A model generated the notes under the pieces. The model saw nothing but the letters and a program-made list of their open reading frames with translations. It was not told the DNA's origin and made no database searches. Shown here piece by piece: positions 1-9,294 of a stretch of 64,000 bases of DNA; position 1 is the first letter of the stretch; each line of letters begins with the position of its first letter. The stretch is from assembly GCA_963815115.1 (NCBI GenBank), contig CAWFFN010000005.1:832001-896000 (forward strand), in the 5' to 3' direction. Origin of the DNA: an uncultured delta proteobacterium (GTDB lineage Bacteria > Desulfobacterota > Binatia > DP-6). The translations under genes were made by a program, and so were the position numbers.

Positions 1-2
1 CC

Positions 3-998
3 GCGACGGCGCTCTTCGCGGCCACCATCGCGGTCGCCCAGACCGACATCAAGAAGGTGCTGGCCTACTCCACCGTGAGTCAGCTCGGCTACATGTTCCT
101 CGGCGTCGGGGTCGGGGTGCCGGGTGCGGCCGTGTTCCACCTGGTGACGCATGCGTTCTTCAAGGGGCTGCTCTTCCTGTGCGCCGGCAGCGTCATGCAC
201 GCGCTCGGCGGCGAGCAGGACATGCGGCGGATGGGCGGCCTCTGGCGGCGCATCCCGATCACCTTCGCCACCATGGCCGTCGGCACGCTGGCGATCGCGG
301 GCGTCCCGCCGCTCTCCGGCTTCTTCAGCAAGGACGAGATCATCTGGGGTGCGTTCGCCGGTCCACATCCGCATCCGCTGCTCGGCGTCGTCGGCTACCT
401 GGCCGCCGGCCTCACCGCGCTATACATGGGACGCCTGATCTGCATGACCTTCTTCGGATCCTCACGGCTCGACGCGCACGCCGAACACCACCTGCACGAG
501 TCGCCGCCCGTGATGACGATTCCCCTCGTCGTGCTCGCCGTGCTTGCCGCCGTCGGCGGCTTCCTGCCGGTGCCGCACGTGGTCGAGCAGGTCACGGGGC
601 ACGTCCACATGGAGGAGGCGCCGCTCGCGGCCTTCGCCGTCGCCATCGGCCTCGCGCTCGGTGGCCTCGGCCTGGCGTGGCTCCTGTACGTGCTCCGTCC
701 CGGGCTGCCCGACCGGATCGCGACGGCGCTCGGCGGCTTCTATCGCCTGGTGCGCGACAAGTACCGCATCGATGAGCTGTACGACCTCGTCATCTACCGT
801 CCGGTGCTCGCCATGGCCGACGCCGCGGCGTGGGTGATCGACCGCGACTTCATCGACGGCATCGTGAACGGGGTCGGCGCCTTCGTGGTCTCGACCAGCG
901 GGGCCTGGCGCCGCGTGCAGACCGGCAACGTGCAGCACTACGCGCTCTCGTTCCTGGTCGGCGCGCTGGTGCTGGTCACCTACTACCTCGTCGGATGA
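3..998 (+). CDS. nuoL: NADH-quinone oxidoreductase subunit L (copy 1, 5' truncated by window)
   Basis: Frame reads ATIAVAQTDIKKVLAYSTVSQLGYM, FHLVTHAFFKGLLF, GFFSKDEI, HLHESP and QTGNVQHY, all NuoL motifs. Confidence 0.95.
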   Translation, partial: ATALFAATIAVAQTDIKKVLAYSTVSQLGYMFLGVGVGVPGAAVFHLVTHAFFKGLLFLCAGSVMHALGGEQDMRRMGGLWRRIPITFATMAVGTLAIAGVPPLSGFFSKDEIIWGAFAGPHPHPLLGVVGYLAAGLTALYMGRLICMTFFGSSRLDAHAEHHLHESPPVMTIPLVVLAVLAAVGGFLPVPHVVEQVTGHVHMEEAPLAAFAVAIGLALGGLGLAWLLYVLRPGLPDRIATALGGFYRLVRDKYRIDELYDLVIYRPVLAMADAAAWVIDRDFIDGIVNGVGAFVVSTSGAWRRVQTGNVQHYALSFLVGALVLVTYYLVG

Positions 999-2459
999 CG
1001 CCCATCGACGTCGGCGCCTTCGCGGCAAACTGGCAGGCCGCGCTGCCCGCCATCGTGGTCGTGGGCACGGCGATGGTCGTGATGCTGGTCGATCTCCTCC
1101 TGCGCGACGGCAGCCGGAGCGTGCTCGCCGGCCTCGGCGTCGTCGGACTGGCGGCCGCGGTGGCGGTGGCGGTCTCGGCGTGGTCCGGCGACGGTGATCC
1201 GTCCGCCTTCCAGCACATGCTGCGCGCCGATCGCTACGGTCTCTTCTTCACCGTGGTGGTCTGCCTGAGCGCGGCCCTGACGCTCCTCATGTCGGTCGAC
1301 TTCGTACGCGAGTGGGGCCTGCCGGCGGGCGACTACTACACCCTGGTCCTGCTCTCCACGGCCGGCATGGTGTTCCTGGTCCTCGCCAACGACCTCATCG
1401 TGCTCTTCATCGCCCTCGAGACCATGTCGGTGGGCCTCTACGTGCTGGCCGGCATGCTGCGGGGCGACCTGCGCTCGAACGAGGCGTCGATGAAGTACTT
1501 CCTGCTGGGCGCCTTCGCGAGCGGCTTCCTGCTCTACGGGGTGGCGTTCTTCTACGGCGCGACCGGCTCGACGCGCCTGGACGTCATCGCGCACGTCATC
1601 GCGACGCGGGCCCTGGAACCGTTCGTGCTCCTCGGCATCGCGTTCGTGCTGGTGGGATTGGGCTTCAAGGTGGCCCTCATCCCCTTCCAGGCCTGGACGC
1701 CGGACGTCTACGAGGGCGCCCCCACGGCGGTGACGGCGTTCATGGCCGTGGCGGTCAAGGCGGCGGCCTTCGCGGCCTTCGGGACGCGTCTTCCTCGCCG
1801 GCCTGCCGCAGCTCGCCGGACAGTGGACCCTGCTCCTCGGCGTCATCGCAGCGCTCACCATGACGGTCGGCAACGTGATCGCGGTGAGCCAGCGGAGCGT
1901 CAAGCGCATGCTGGCATACTCGAGCATCGCGCACGCGGGCTACGCGCTGCTCGGCGTGGTTGCCGACACGCCGCAGGGCGGCGCCGCGCTGCTCTTCTAT
2001 CTCACCGTGTACGCCTTCATGAACGTCGGCGCGTTCGGCGTCCTCATCGCGCTCGGACGTCGCGGCGAGCCGCGCGACCGTCTCGACGATCTCGCCGGTG
2101 TGGGGTTCCGCCACCCCGTGCTCGCCGCGTGCTTGACGGTGTTCCTGCTCTCGCTCGCCGGCGTGCCCCCCATGGCGGGCTTCGTCGGCAAGCTCTTTCT
2201 CTTCCGCGCCATCGTCGACTCGGGTCGCACGGGGCTCGCGCTCATCGCGGTCGTGAACAGCACGGTCTCGGTCTACTACTACCTCGGCCCGATCGTGCAG
2301 ATGTATCTCGGTCGGGAGAGCGAGCAGCCCGCGCCGCTCCCCGCCCGGCCCTGGCTCGTCGCTTGCATCGCCGTCGCGCTCGCCGGGACGTTGTTCCTGG
2401 GCGCGCTGCCCGCCGGCACGCTGCAGGTCGCCGCCGTGTCGTTCGGATCGCTGCGCTGA
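995..2459 (+). CDS. nuoN: NADH-quinone oxidoreductase subunit N (copy 1), apparent 1-nt insertion frameshift near 1781-1783
   Basis: ATG overlaps the nuoL stop (ATGA). Motifs SNEASMKYFLLGAFASGFLLYG and WTPDVYEGAPT in one frame, KRMLAYSSIAHAGY and LSLAGVPP in another. Removing one G from TTCGGGACGCGTC restores FAAFGRVFLAG. Confidence 0.9.
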
Positions 2460-2460
2460 G

Positions 2461-2620
2461 CGACCCGAGACTCCGTCTCGGGTCGGCACGGAGGGCAGGA
2501 TTGAGGCTTGCTGGGGCAGTGCGGCCGTCGTGCCGCGGCCGGCGAAGCCGGCGCGGCAGACGTTCCGGAGGGCGCCACACGCTCGCCTCCGCTCTCGACC
2601 CGAGACGGAGTCTCGGGTCG
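2461..2620 (+). repeat. Dispersed ~110-bp structured repeat, copy A (2461-2570), plus an inverted partial copy (2578-2620)
   Basis: Hairpin CGACCCGAGAC-TCC-GTCTCGGGTCG at 2461-2485 and its reverse complement at 2596-2620. The body matches 9295-9403 and 61586-61695. Confidence 0.9.
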
Positions 2621-2623
2621 TTG

Positions 2624-3535
2624 CTATCCAGGATCGAGCCGCGACAGGAGCGCCAGGAGCGCGCGGTTCACCGGCACCGGCACGCCGGTGCGGGCCGCGG
2701 CGCGCACCACGGCGCCGTTGAGGGCGTCGTGCTCCAGGCGGCGCCCGCGGCGCAGGTCCTGCAGCATCGAGGTGGCGAAGCCGGGCATCTCGGCCGCGCT
2801 CTCGGCGAGCACCTCCTCGAGCCGCGCGCGCCGTACGGGGATCCCGAGCCCGCTCGCGACGGCGTCCGTCTCCTCCATCGCCCCGCGGACGAGCTCGCGG
2901 CTCGCCGGTTGCCCGAGCGCCTCGCCGACCGTCGTGCCGGTCAGCGTGGTGACGGCGTTGAAGCCGGCATTCCAGGCCAGCTTCTCCCACGCGACGACCA
3001 GCACGTCGCGCCGCAGCTGATGCGGCAGGCCGGCCGCCGCGAACGCTCCGGCGACGCGCAGGGCTCGCGGGCTCTCGGCGCCGTCGGGCTCGCCGAAGAG
3101 GATCTCACCGCGTCCGGTGTAGCGCACCGTCGCGGGCGCGGTCAGCTCCACGCCGATGCGCGTGAGGCCGATCAGGAGCGGCGGGAGGTCGAGGCCGGCG
3201 GCGAGGACGGCCTCGTTCTCCACCCCGTTCTGCAGCGACAGCACGATGGTGTCGCGCCGGACGGCCGGCCGCAGGGCGCGCGATGCCGCGGCGGTGTCGT
3301 ACGATTTGACGCACACCAGGATCAGCTCGGGCGATGGCGCATCCGCGGCGTCGCCGACCGCCCCGATGTCGGGGAGCCGGAGGGTCTGGTCGGGAAGCTG
3401 GACGGTGAGGCCGTCGCGGCGGAGGGCGTCCAGGTTCGCGCCCCGAGCCACCAGCGTCACCTCGTGCCCGCCCCCGGCGAGGCGCGCGCCGAAGTAGCCG
3501 CCGACGGCGCCCGCGCCGAGGACGAGCACGCGCAC
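2624..3535 (-). CDS. panE: 2-dehydropantoate 2-reductase (ketopantoate reductase family)
   Basis: GAGAVGGYFG Rossmann motif, CVKSYD, SLQNG, WEKLAWN, SMLQD and LEHDALNG. Confidence 0.88.
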   Translation of the reverse strand: MRVLVLGAGAVGGYFGARLAGGGHEVTLVARGANLDALRRDGLTVQLPDQTLRLPDIGAVGDAADAPSPELILVCVKSYDTAAASRALRPAVRRDTIVLSLQNGVENEAVLAAGLDLPPLLIGLTRIGVELTAPATVRYTGRGEILFGEPDGAESPRALRVAGAFAAAGLPHQLRRDVLVVAWEKLAWNAGFNAVTTLTGTTVGEALGQPASRELVRGAMEETDAVASGLGIPVRRARLEEVLAESAAEMPGFATSMLQDLRRGRRLEHDALNGAVVRAAARTGVPVPVNRALLALLSRLDPG

Positions 3536-3542
3536 GGACAGC

Positions 3543-4130
3543 CTACCTGGCGCCGGTGGCCGCGCCGGGCGCCCCGAAGTTCACCCGCGGCGGCTGCTGG
3601 GCCTCGGCCGGCGCGTTGAAGTACTTTTCCTCCTTGAAGCCGATCCAGTTGGCGTAGAGCACCGTCGGGAAGCTGTTGCGGGTCGTGTTGTAGGCGCGAA
3701 CGGCATCGTTGAAGCGCATGCGCTCGACCGCGATGCGGTTCTCGGTGCCTGCCAGCTCGTCGGAGAGCCGGTTGAACTGCTCGTTGGCCTTGAGCTGGGG
3801 ATACTGCTCGGCGATCGCGAGCAGGCGGCCGAGCGCGCCCGAGAGGTTCTGGGCGGCGTCGATCTGCTCGTCACGGGTGCCGGCGTTGAGCAGGCGCGAG
3901 CGGGCGTTCGCCACTGCCTCGAACACCCCGCTCTCGTGCGTCGCGTAGCCCTTCACCGTCTCGACCAGGTTCGGGATCAGATCGTTGCGGCGCTGGAGCT
4001 GGTTCTGCACCTGCGCCCACGAGGCCTGGATGTTCTGCTGGAGGCCGACCAGCTGGTTGTAGCCGCATCCGGGCAACAGCACCGCCCCCAGGAACATCGC
4101 GAGCATCCGCCGTATCGCCGTAGTCGTCAT
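3543..4130 (-). CDS. lemA: LemA family lipoprotein
   Basis: Lipobox LPGC, QLQRRNDLIPNLVETVKGYA, EQYPQLKAN and LAGTENRIAVERMRFN. Confidence 0.92.
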   Translation of the reverse strand: MTTTAIRRMLAMFLGAVLLPGCGYNQLVGLQQNIQASWAQVQNQLQRRNDLIPNLVETVKGYATHESGVFEAVANARSRLLNAGTRDEQIDAAQNLSGALGRLLAIAEQYPQLKANEQFNRLSDELAGTENRIAVERMRFNDAVRAYNTTRNSFPTVLYANWIGFKEEKYFNAPAEAQQPPRVNFGAPGAATGAR

Positions 4131-4147
4131 GGCATCGTCCTCCTTGG

Positions 4148-4924
4148 TTACCAGCTCCGGCCGGCGCCGCCGCCGCCGAAGGTCCCGCCTCCAAACCCCC
4201 CGAACCCACCGCCGCCGCCGCCGAATCCACCCGGGAATCCGCCGCCGAATCCGCCGGGATATCCCCCGTGGTACCCGCCTCCGCGACCGAATGTCCCACC
4301 GCCGCGCCCGCCTCCCGAGAATCGCCTCCCCAGCCAGGAGAGGAAGAGGAAGAGCAGGAGGAGGAGCAGAAGGAGCACCCAGGGCGGGATGTCGACGCCC
4401 TGGTCGGCGGCCGGAACGGGTGTCCCCTCCCGGGCGGCGAGGATGCGCTGCGCGATCGCCGTCACGCCGCGTTCGAGGCCCTCGTCGAACCGTCCGGCCT
4501 TGAACGAGGGCACGATCTCCTGGTCCTGGATGGCGCCGACGAGGCCGTCGGGAAGGATGCCCTCCACCCCGTAGCCCGTGAAGATGCGCAGCTTGCGGTC
4601 CTTGGTGGCGAGCAGGATCAGCACGCCGGTGTCCTGCCCGCGGGCGCCCACCTTCCAGGCATCCGCGACGCGCATGCCGTAGGTGAAGTCGTCCAGCGGC
4701 GCGGTGGTCGGGACGGTGAGGACGGCGATCTCGGAGCCGGTCTTGGCCTTGAGCCCCTCGGCGACGCGGGTGATGCGCTGCTGGACGTCGGGCGGGATGA
4801 CGCCGGCGAGATCCGTGACGAAGCCCTGGGGCGCCGGGATCGGTGGATCCACGGCGCGTGCAGCGTCGGCCGTGAGGACGGCAAGCGCCGCGAGCAAGCC
4901 TCCGAGGAGGCCCGCGCTACGCAT
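4148..4924 (-). CDS. TPM domain (YgcG-like) membrane protein with Gly-rich tail
   Basis: VTDLAGVI, WKVG, DTGVLILL, TGYGVEGILPD, a TM segment, and the tail GGFGGFGGGTFGGGGAGRSW. ATG at 4924 begins a signal peptide. Confidence 0.88.
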   Translation of the reverse strand: MRSAGLLGGLLAALAVLTADAARAVDPPIPAPQGFVTDLAGVIPPDVQQRITRVAEGLKAKTGSEIAVLTVPTTAPLDDFTYGMRVADAWKVGARGQDTGVLILLATKDRKLRIFTGYGVEGILPDGLVGAIQDQEIVPSFKAGRFDEGLERGVTAIAQRILAAREGTPVPAADQGVDIPPWVLLLLLLLLFLFLSWLGRRFSGGGRGGGTFGRGGGYHGGYPGGFGGGFPGGFGGGGGGFGGFGGGTFGGGGAGRSW

Positions 4925-5645
4925 CGAGCGTGTCGAGCGCGTTGACGATCCGCTCCACCTCTCCCAGGTATTCACGGAACTCCAGGCGCTCGGCGCGGGG
5001 CACGAGGCGAGTGACGCCCTCGCGATGGTCGAGCAGCCGCGACATGAGCGGGAAGGGACCGAGGGCACGTTCGCCGGCGACGAGTGCGTCGCGGTAGCGC
5101 GGTCCGGGATCGGTTCCCTGCAGCCGCAGGAGATGGCGCAGGAAGATCAGGATGCTCTTGAGCGATTCCAGCATGAGCCGTTCGAGGGCGCTGGGCGCGC
5201 CGCCGGTCCCGAGATAGAGGGCGCGCAGGCGGAGCAGCTTGCCGCGCGCCTCCTTCTCGCACTGCCGCCGCAGCGCATCCCGGTCGACGGTGACGTCCGC
5301 GAACACGTCGGTCCCGGCGAGCAGGCGATGCTGGCGCCGGATGTCGTCCAGCTCCATGGGAAAGACGTCGCGTGCCCTGTCGAGGAACGAACGCTCGATG
5401 ACCAGCGGAATGGCGAAGTGCCGTCGCTCCCAGCGCATCACGACGGGGGCGAGGGCTTCCAGGACCTCGCTGGTGACGGCCTCCACGACGATGGTGAGGT
5501 TCACGTCCGAGTGCGGATCGAAGAAGTCGTCGCCGGCCGCGCTGCCGTAGAGGGCGAGGCAGACGATCCGCGCGCCCAGCGCCGCCTGGACGTCCTGGCT
5601 GTACGTCTCGAGCTGCCGTTCGAGCCGCTCGTCGGGCTGCGCCAT
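4917..5645 (-). CDS. Nucleotidyltransferase-fold protein associated with LemA/TPM
   Basis: LYGSAAGDDF..SDVNL (pol-beta NTase-like), DVFPMELDDI, and a helical C-terminal domain. Confidence 0.7.
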   Translation of the reverse strand: MAQPDERLERQLETYSQDVQAALGARIVCLALYGSAAGDDFFDPHSDVNLTIVVEAVTSEVLEALAPVVMRWERRHFAIPLVIERSFLDRARDVFPMELDDIRRQHRLLAGTDVFADVTVDRDALRRQCEKEARGKLLRLRALYLGTGGAPSALERLMLESLKSILIFLRHLLRLQGTDPGPRYRDALVAGERALGPFPLMSRLLDHREGVTRLVPRAERLEFREYLGEVERIVNALDTLDA

Positions 5646-5719
5646 GGGTTGCCGGACTGATAGCCGCGAGACGGCGGCGGAGCAATCGGGGCGTCTCCCG
5701 CCCGCGTCGCCTTGACCGC

Positions 5720-6487
5720 GTGCCATCGCTTGGCTACCCGCGGCCGGTGGCGATCGCCGACGAGCTGCGGGCCGCCGTCGGCGGGGTCACCGGACTGCGC
5801 CGGGTGGGGCGCGGAGTGCCGCGCGAGGCCCAGGTCGGCGGGCTGGTCTTCTACCCGCTGGTCGGTGCTGCCATCGGCCTGGCGGCCGTGGTGGCTCTTC
5901 GTCTCGCTGGCCCGCTCGGACCGCGCCTGGCGGCCATCGCCGCCCTCGTCGTGCTGGCGGCCGCCTCGGGCGGCCGGACGCTCGCCGGTCTTGCCGGCGC
6001 AGCGGGCGCCCTCGGAGCACCTGGAGAACCTTCCGCCGTGCTCGCCCGCTTGCGCGGCCGGCCGTCGGCTGCGGGCGCTGCGGTGGCCGCTGGCTTCTTC
6101 CTGGTGAAGGTCTGGGCGCTCCTGCACGTGCCCGAGCCGGCGCGACCGCTCGCGCTCATGCTCGCGCCGATGCTGGGCCGCTGGGCAGTGGTCGTGCAGT
6201 GCTACGGCGGCAGCCCCGTCGCGGCACGCGGGCTGGCGGCCGTGCTGGTCGGCCGCGCCCGCCTGCGCGAGTTCGGCTGGGCCAGCGCGCTCGTCTTCGC
6301 GGCGACGCTGGCGGTGCTCGATGCCGTCGGCCTGGTCGTGCTGCTCGCGGTGACGCTCGCGACGGTCGCGCTGCGCGTGCTCGCCTACCGCCGTGCCGGC
6401 GGCCTCACGGGACGCCAGCTGGCGGCCACCGCCGAGGTGATCGAGACCGGCACGCTCGTGGTGCTCGCGCTGCTCGCCCGCGGGTGA
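5720..6487 (+). CDS. CobS (cobalamin synthase)-like membrane protein with degenerate catalytic motifs; start may be GTG 5747
   Basis: FYPLVGAAIG, LAPMLGRWAVV, RGLA..LVG and RRAGGLTG....E..E follow the CobS scaffold. The usual HxDGxxDxxDG reads RTLAGLAGAAGA. Confidence 0.7.
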   Translation: MPSLGYPRPVAIADELRAAVGGVTGLRRVGRGVPREAQVGGLVFYPLVGAAIGLAAVVALRLAGPLGPRLAAIAALVVLAAASGGRTLAGLAGAAGALGAPGEPSAVLARLRGRPSAAGAAVAAGFFLVKVWALLHVPEPARPLALMLAPMLGRWAVVVQCYGGSPVAARGLAAVLVGRARLREFGWASALVFAATLAVLDAVGLVVLLAVTLATVALRVLAYRRAGGLTGRQLAATAEVIETGTLVVLALLARG

Positions 6488-6493
6488 GCGGGC

Positions 6494-6940
6494 TCAGGCG
6501 GGACGGCGAGGTGTCAGGACGCGCCGGCGCAGCGACAGCACGACCTCGCCGCGCTGGTTGCGGGCGCGCGTCTCCAGGTAGACGACGCCGCGATCCGCTT
6601 TCGTGGTCGACGGCGTCACCTCGAGGATCTCGGACTCGGCGTAGATGGTGTCGCCGTGGTAGGTCGGCGCGTGGTGCAGGATCTTCTCGTACTCGAGGTT
6701 GGCGATGGCGTTCTCGCTGACGTCGCGCACGCTCATCCCCACGGTGAGGGCGAAGACGAGGGTGCCGTTCACCAGGCAGCGCCCGTGCTGGCTCTGGCTC
6801 GCGAAGTGCTCGTCGAAGTGCAGCGGGTTGGTGTTCATGGTCATCAGCGTGAACCAGGTGTCGTCGAAATCCCGGATCGTGCGTCCCGGCCAGTGCTTGA
6901 TCACCTCGCCGGCGCGGAAGTCCTCCAGGTACCGTCCCAT
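6494..6940 (-). CDS. MaoC-family (hotdog) dehydratase
   Basis: GRYLEDF, RTIRDFDDTWF, TMNTNPLHFD, PTYHGDTIYAESEI and NQRGEVV. Confidence 0.88.
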   Translation of the reverse strand: MGRYLEDFRAGEVIKHWPGRTIRDFDDTWFTLMTMNTNPLHFDEHFASQSQHGRCLVNGTLVFALTVGMSVRDVSENAIANLEYEKILHHAPTYHGDTIYAESEILEVTPSTTKADRGVVYLETRARNQRGEVVLSLRRRVLTPRRPA

Positions 6941-7011
6941 GCGGGGCGGGTTTATCGCGGCGCGGCCGGCAGTCAAGGGTCGCCGTGCTTGACGGGCGGC
7001 GCACGGGAAGG

Positions 7012-7205
7012 GTAGGAGCGCCCGACCTCGACGGGCACGGGAAGGGGGTGCGAAGCCCCCGCTGCCCCGCAGCTGTGAGGGGGGACGACCCCGGTCGTCG
7101 CCACTGCCCCGGACGCGGGGCGGGAAGGGACCGGGCGAGGAGGATCCCCGAGCCAGAAGACCGGTCCGACCGAGGCCAGCGACCGACCTTCCGCGGGGAA
7201 GGAGC
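7012..7205 (+). promoter_or_regulatory. Cobalamin riboswitch 1
   Basis: GGGAA-GGGGGTGCGAAGCCCCC-GCTGCCCCGCAGC-TGTGA, GCCACTG, GGGAAGG and B12-box GAGCCAGAAGACC. The following hairpin CCTTCC-GCGG-GGAAGG contains the SD. Lies upstream of a TonB receptor. Confidence 0.93.
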
Positions 7206-7210
7206 TGGGG

Positions 7211-9289
7211 ATCAGGCCCGGACGTCTCACAGCATGCGCGCTCGTCGCGCTGACCGCCGCCGTCATCGCGCGGGGAGAGGAGAAGCTCCCCGAGGTGGTG
7301 GTGACCGCGCCGCCGGAGCGCGAAGCCACCCCTGCGCCGAAAGACGTCACGGGCTTCGCGACGGTGCTCGATACGAAGGATGCGCCGGCCGGCGTGAGCA
7401 CGCTCGCGGATACGCTCTCCACCGCTCCCGGCGTGCAGGTGCGGGAGTACGGCGGGCTCGGCAGCTTCAGCACCGTGTCCGTGCGCGGTTTCTCGCCGGG
7501 ACAGGTGCAGGTCTACCTCGACGGCGTGCCGCTCAGCCGCGCGAACAACGAGGTGGTCAACCTGAGCGACCTGCCGATCGACGCCCTCGACCGGGTGGAG
7601 GTCTACCGGGGCGTGACGCCGCTGGCGTTCGCCCAGTCGGGTCCCGGCGGCGTCGTCAACCTGGTGCCGCGGCGTGCGGGTGCGGAGCCGTTCACCGCGG
7701 CCAGCGCGTCCTACGGGTCGTTCGAGACCCGCAAGGTCGATCTCGCCCGCAGCGCGAGCTCGGGCCCTTGGGACTATCTCGCCTTCGGCCAGTACTTCGG
7801 GAGCCTCGGTGATTTCACCTTCACGAACGATCTCGGAACGCCGGAGAACACGGCTGACGACCGCACCGAACGGCGCATCAACAATGCCTTCAACTCGGGC
7901 AGCTTCACCGCGCGCGTCGGCTATGACCCCGAGGGGCCGCTCTCGGCGTGGCTCACCACCGACAGCTTCGGGAAGACGCAGGGCATACCGGGACGCGGCT
8001 CCGTGCAGTCACCCGACGCCCATCGCGACCTGATCCGCCAGCTCGCGCAGCTCGGCGGGCGGCTCACGCCCGCTGGCGGCCTCCCGCTCACCCTGGAGGG
8101 GAGCGCGTTCCTCGTCTACCAGGACGAGCACTTCGAAGCGCCGCCGAACGATCCGGTCTTCCTGCCGACGGACGTCACCGAGCACACCCTCGTCGGCGGC
8201 GGGCAGCTGCTCGTGCGCGGCGCCGTCGGGGCGCACCAGGTGCCGGGGCTGCTCGTCGCCGTGAGCCAGGAGGCGCTCCGGGAGCGCAACGAGGTCGGCG
8301 TCTTCCCGGTGCTGCAGCCCGGCGAGTCGCCGACCCGGACGCGGCTGCGGGGGACCGTCGCCGCGGAGGACGAGGTCCTCCTGCTCGGCGACCGCGTGTC
8401 ACTGGTTCCGGCGGTGCGCACGGAGGTGTACCGGGACGACTTCCCGGGCGACCCGCGCCTCCCTCCCGCGCTGCGTACGGCCGGGACCGACGTGTTCAAC
8501 GAGGTCTCGCCGCGCTTCGGCGTGCGCGCGCAGCCGGTGCCCGGGCTGACGCTGCTCGGCAACGTCGGGCGCTACGTCCGCGTCCCGAACCTTCAGGAGC
8601 TGTTCGGCAATAGCGGCGTCGTGCAGGGGAATCCGGACCTGCAGCCCGAGGTGTCGCGCAACTGGGATCTGGGCTTCCGCGCCGTCGCACCGCCCTGGGG
8701 CCCGATCACCTCGGCGTCGTTCGAGTACGGGCACTTCGACAACCGGGTCGACGATCTCATCGTGCTGGTGCCGAGCAGCGTGAGCGTCTTCAAGCCGGTG
8801 AACATCGCCGACGCCCGCATCCAGGGCAACGAGATCGCCGCCCAGGTCGAGGTCTGGAGGCGGATCGCCGTGAGCGCGAACTTCACGCAGCAGGACGCGC
8901 GCGAGATCAGCGACGTGCCGTTCCGGAACGGCAACCAGCTGCCCGGCCGTCCCGCCGAGGAGGGCTACGTGCGGCTCGATCTCTCCTGGTCGCCGACGCG
9001 TCCCCTGCCATTCGGCGCGGCCACCGCACGTCTCTGGCCCGGTCGGCTGTGGTTCGACGCAAACCTCATCGCCGACAACTTCCTCGACACCGCCAACACC
9101 CAGCTCGTGCCGTCGCGCTCCCTCTTCGGAATCGGGTTCGAGCTCCAGGTGCCGCCGCTCCACGGCGTCACGCTCGGGCTCGCCCTGCGCAACCTGACCG
9201 ATGACCGGACCGAGGACGTGCTCGGGTTTCCGCTGCCCGGCCGCTCGGTGTTCGCCACCGTGTCGTGGGGCTTCGCGCGCTGGGACTAG
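7211..9289 (+). CDS. btuB: TonB-dependent cobalamin receptor (BtuB-like); start probably non-canonical ATC 7211 (or CTG 7205)
   Basis: TonB box EVVVTA, plug motifs VSVRGFS, VYLDGVPL and DRVEVYRG, GNPDLQPE, C-terminal GFPLPGRSVF. An in-frame signal peptide lies upstream of GTG 7295. Follows a B12 riboswitch. Confidence 0.88.
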   Translation: MRPGRLTACALVALTAAVIARGEEKLPEVVVTAPPEREATPAPKDVTGFATVLDTKDAPAGVSTLADTLSTAPGVQVREYGGLGSFSTVSVRGFSPGQVQVYLDGVPLSRANNEVVNLSDLPIDALDRVEVYRGVTPLAFAQSGPGGVVNLVPRRAGAEPFTAASASYGSFETRKVDLARSASSGPWDYLAFGQYFGSLGDFTFTNDLGTPENTADDRTERRINNAFNSGSFTARVGYDPEGPLSAWLTTDSFGKTQGIPGRGSVQSPDAHRDLIRQLAQLGGRLTPAGGLPLTLEGSAFLVYQDEHFEAPPNDPVFLPTDVTEHTLVGGGQLLVRGAVGAHQVPGLLVAVSQEALRERNEVGVFPVLQPGESPTRTRLRGTVAAEDEVLLLGDRVSLVPAVRTEVYRDDFPGDPRLPPALRTAGTDVFNEVSPRFGVRAQPVPGLTLLGNVGRYVRVPNLQELFGNSGVVQGNPDLQPEVSRNWDLGFRAVAPPWGPITSASFEYGHFDNRVDDLIVLVPSSVSVFKPVNIADARIQGNEIAAQVEVWRRIAVSANFTQQDAREISDVPFRNGNQLPGRPAEEGYVRLDLSWSPTRPLPFGAATARLWPGRLWFDANLIADNFLDTANTQLVPSRSLFGIGFELQVPPLHGVTLGLALRNLTDDRTEDVLGFPLPGRSVFATVSWGFARWD

Positions 9290-9294
9290 GACAC

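Noticed and set aside
830-3619. 929-aa ORF suggesting a NuoN fusion
   Set aside because: Artefact of the frameshift near 1782. The downstream part is off-frame nuoN and antisense panE.
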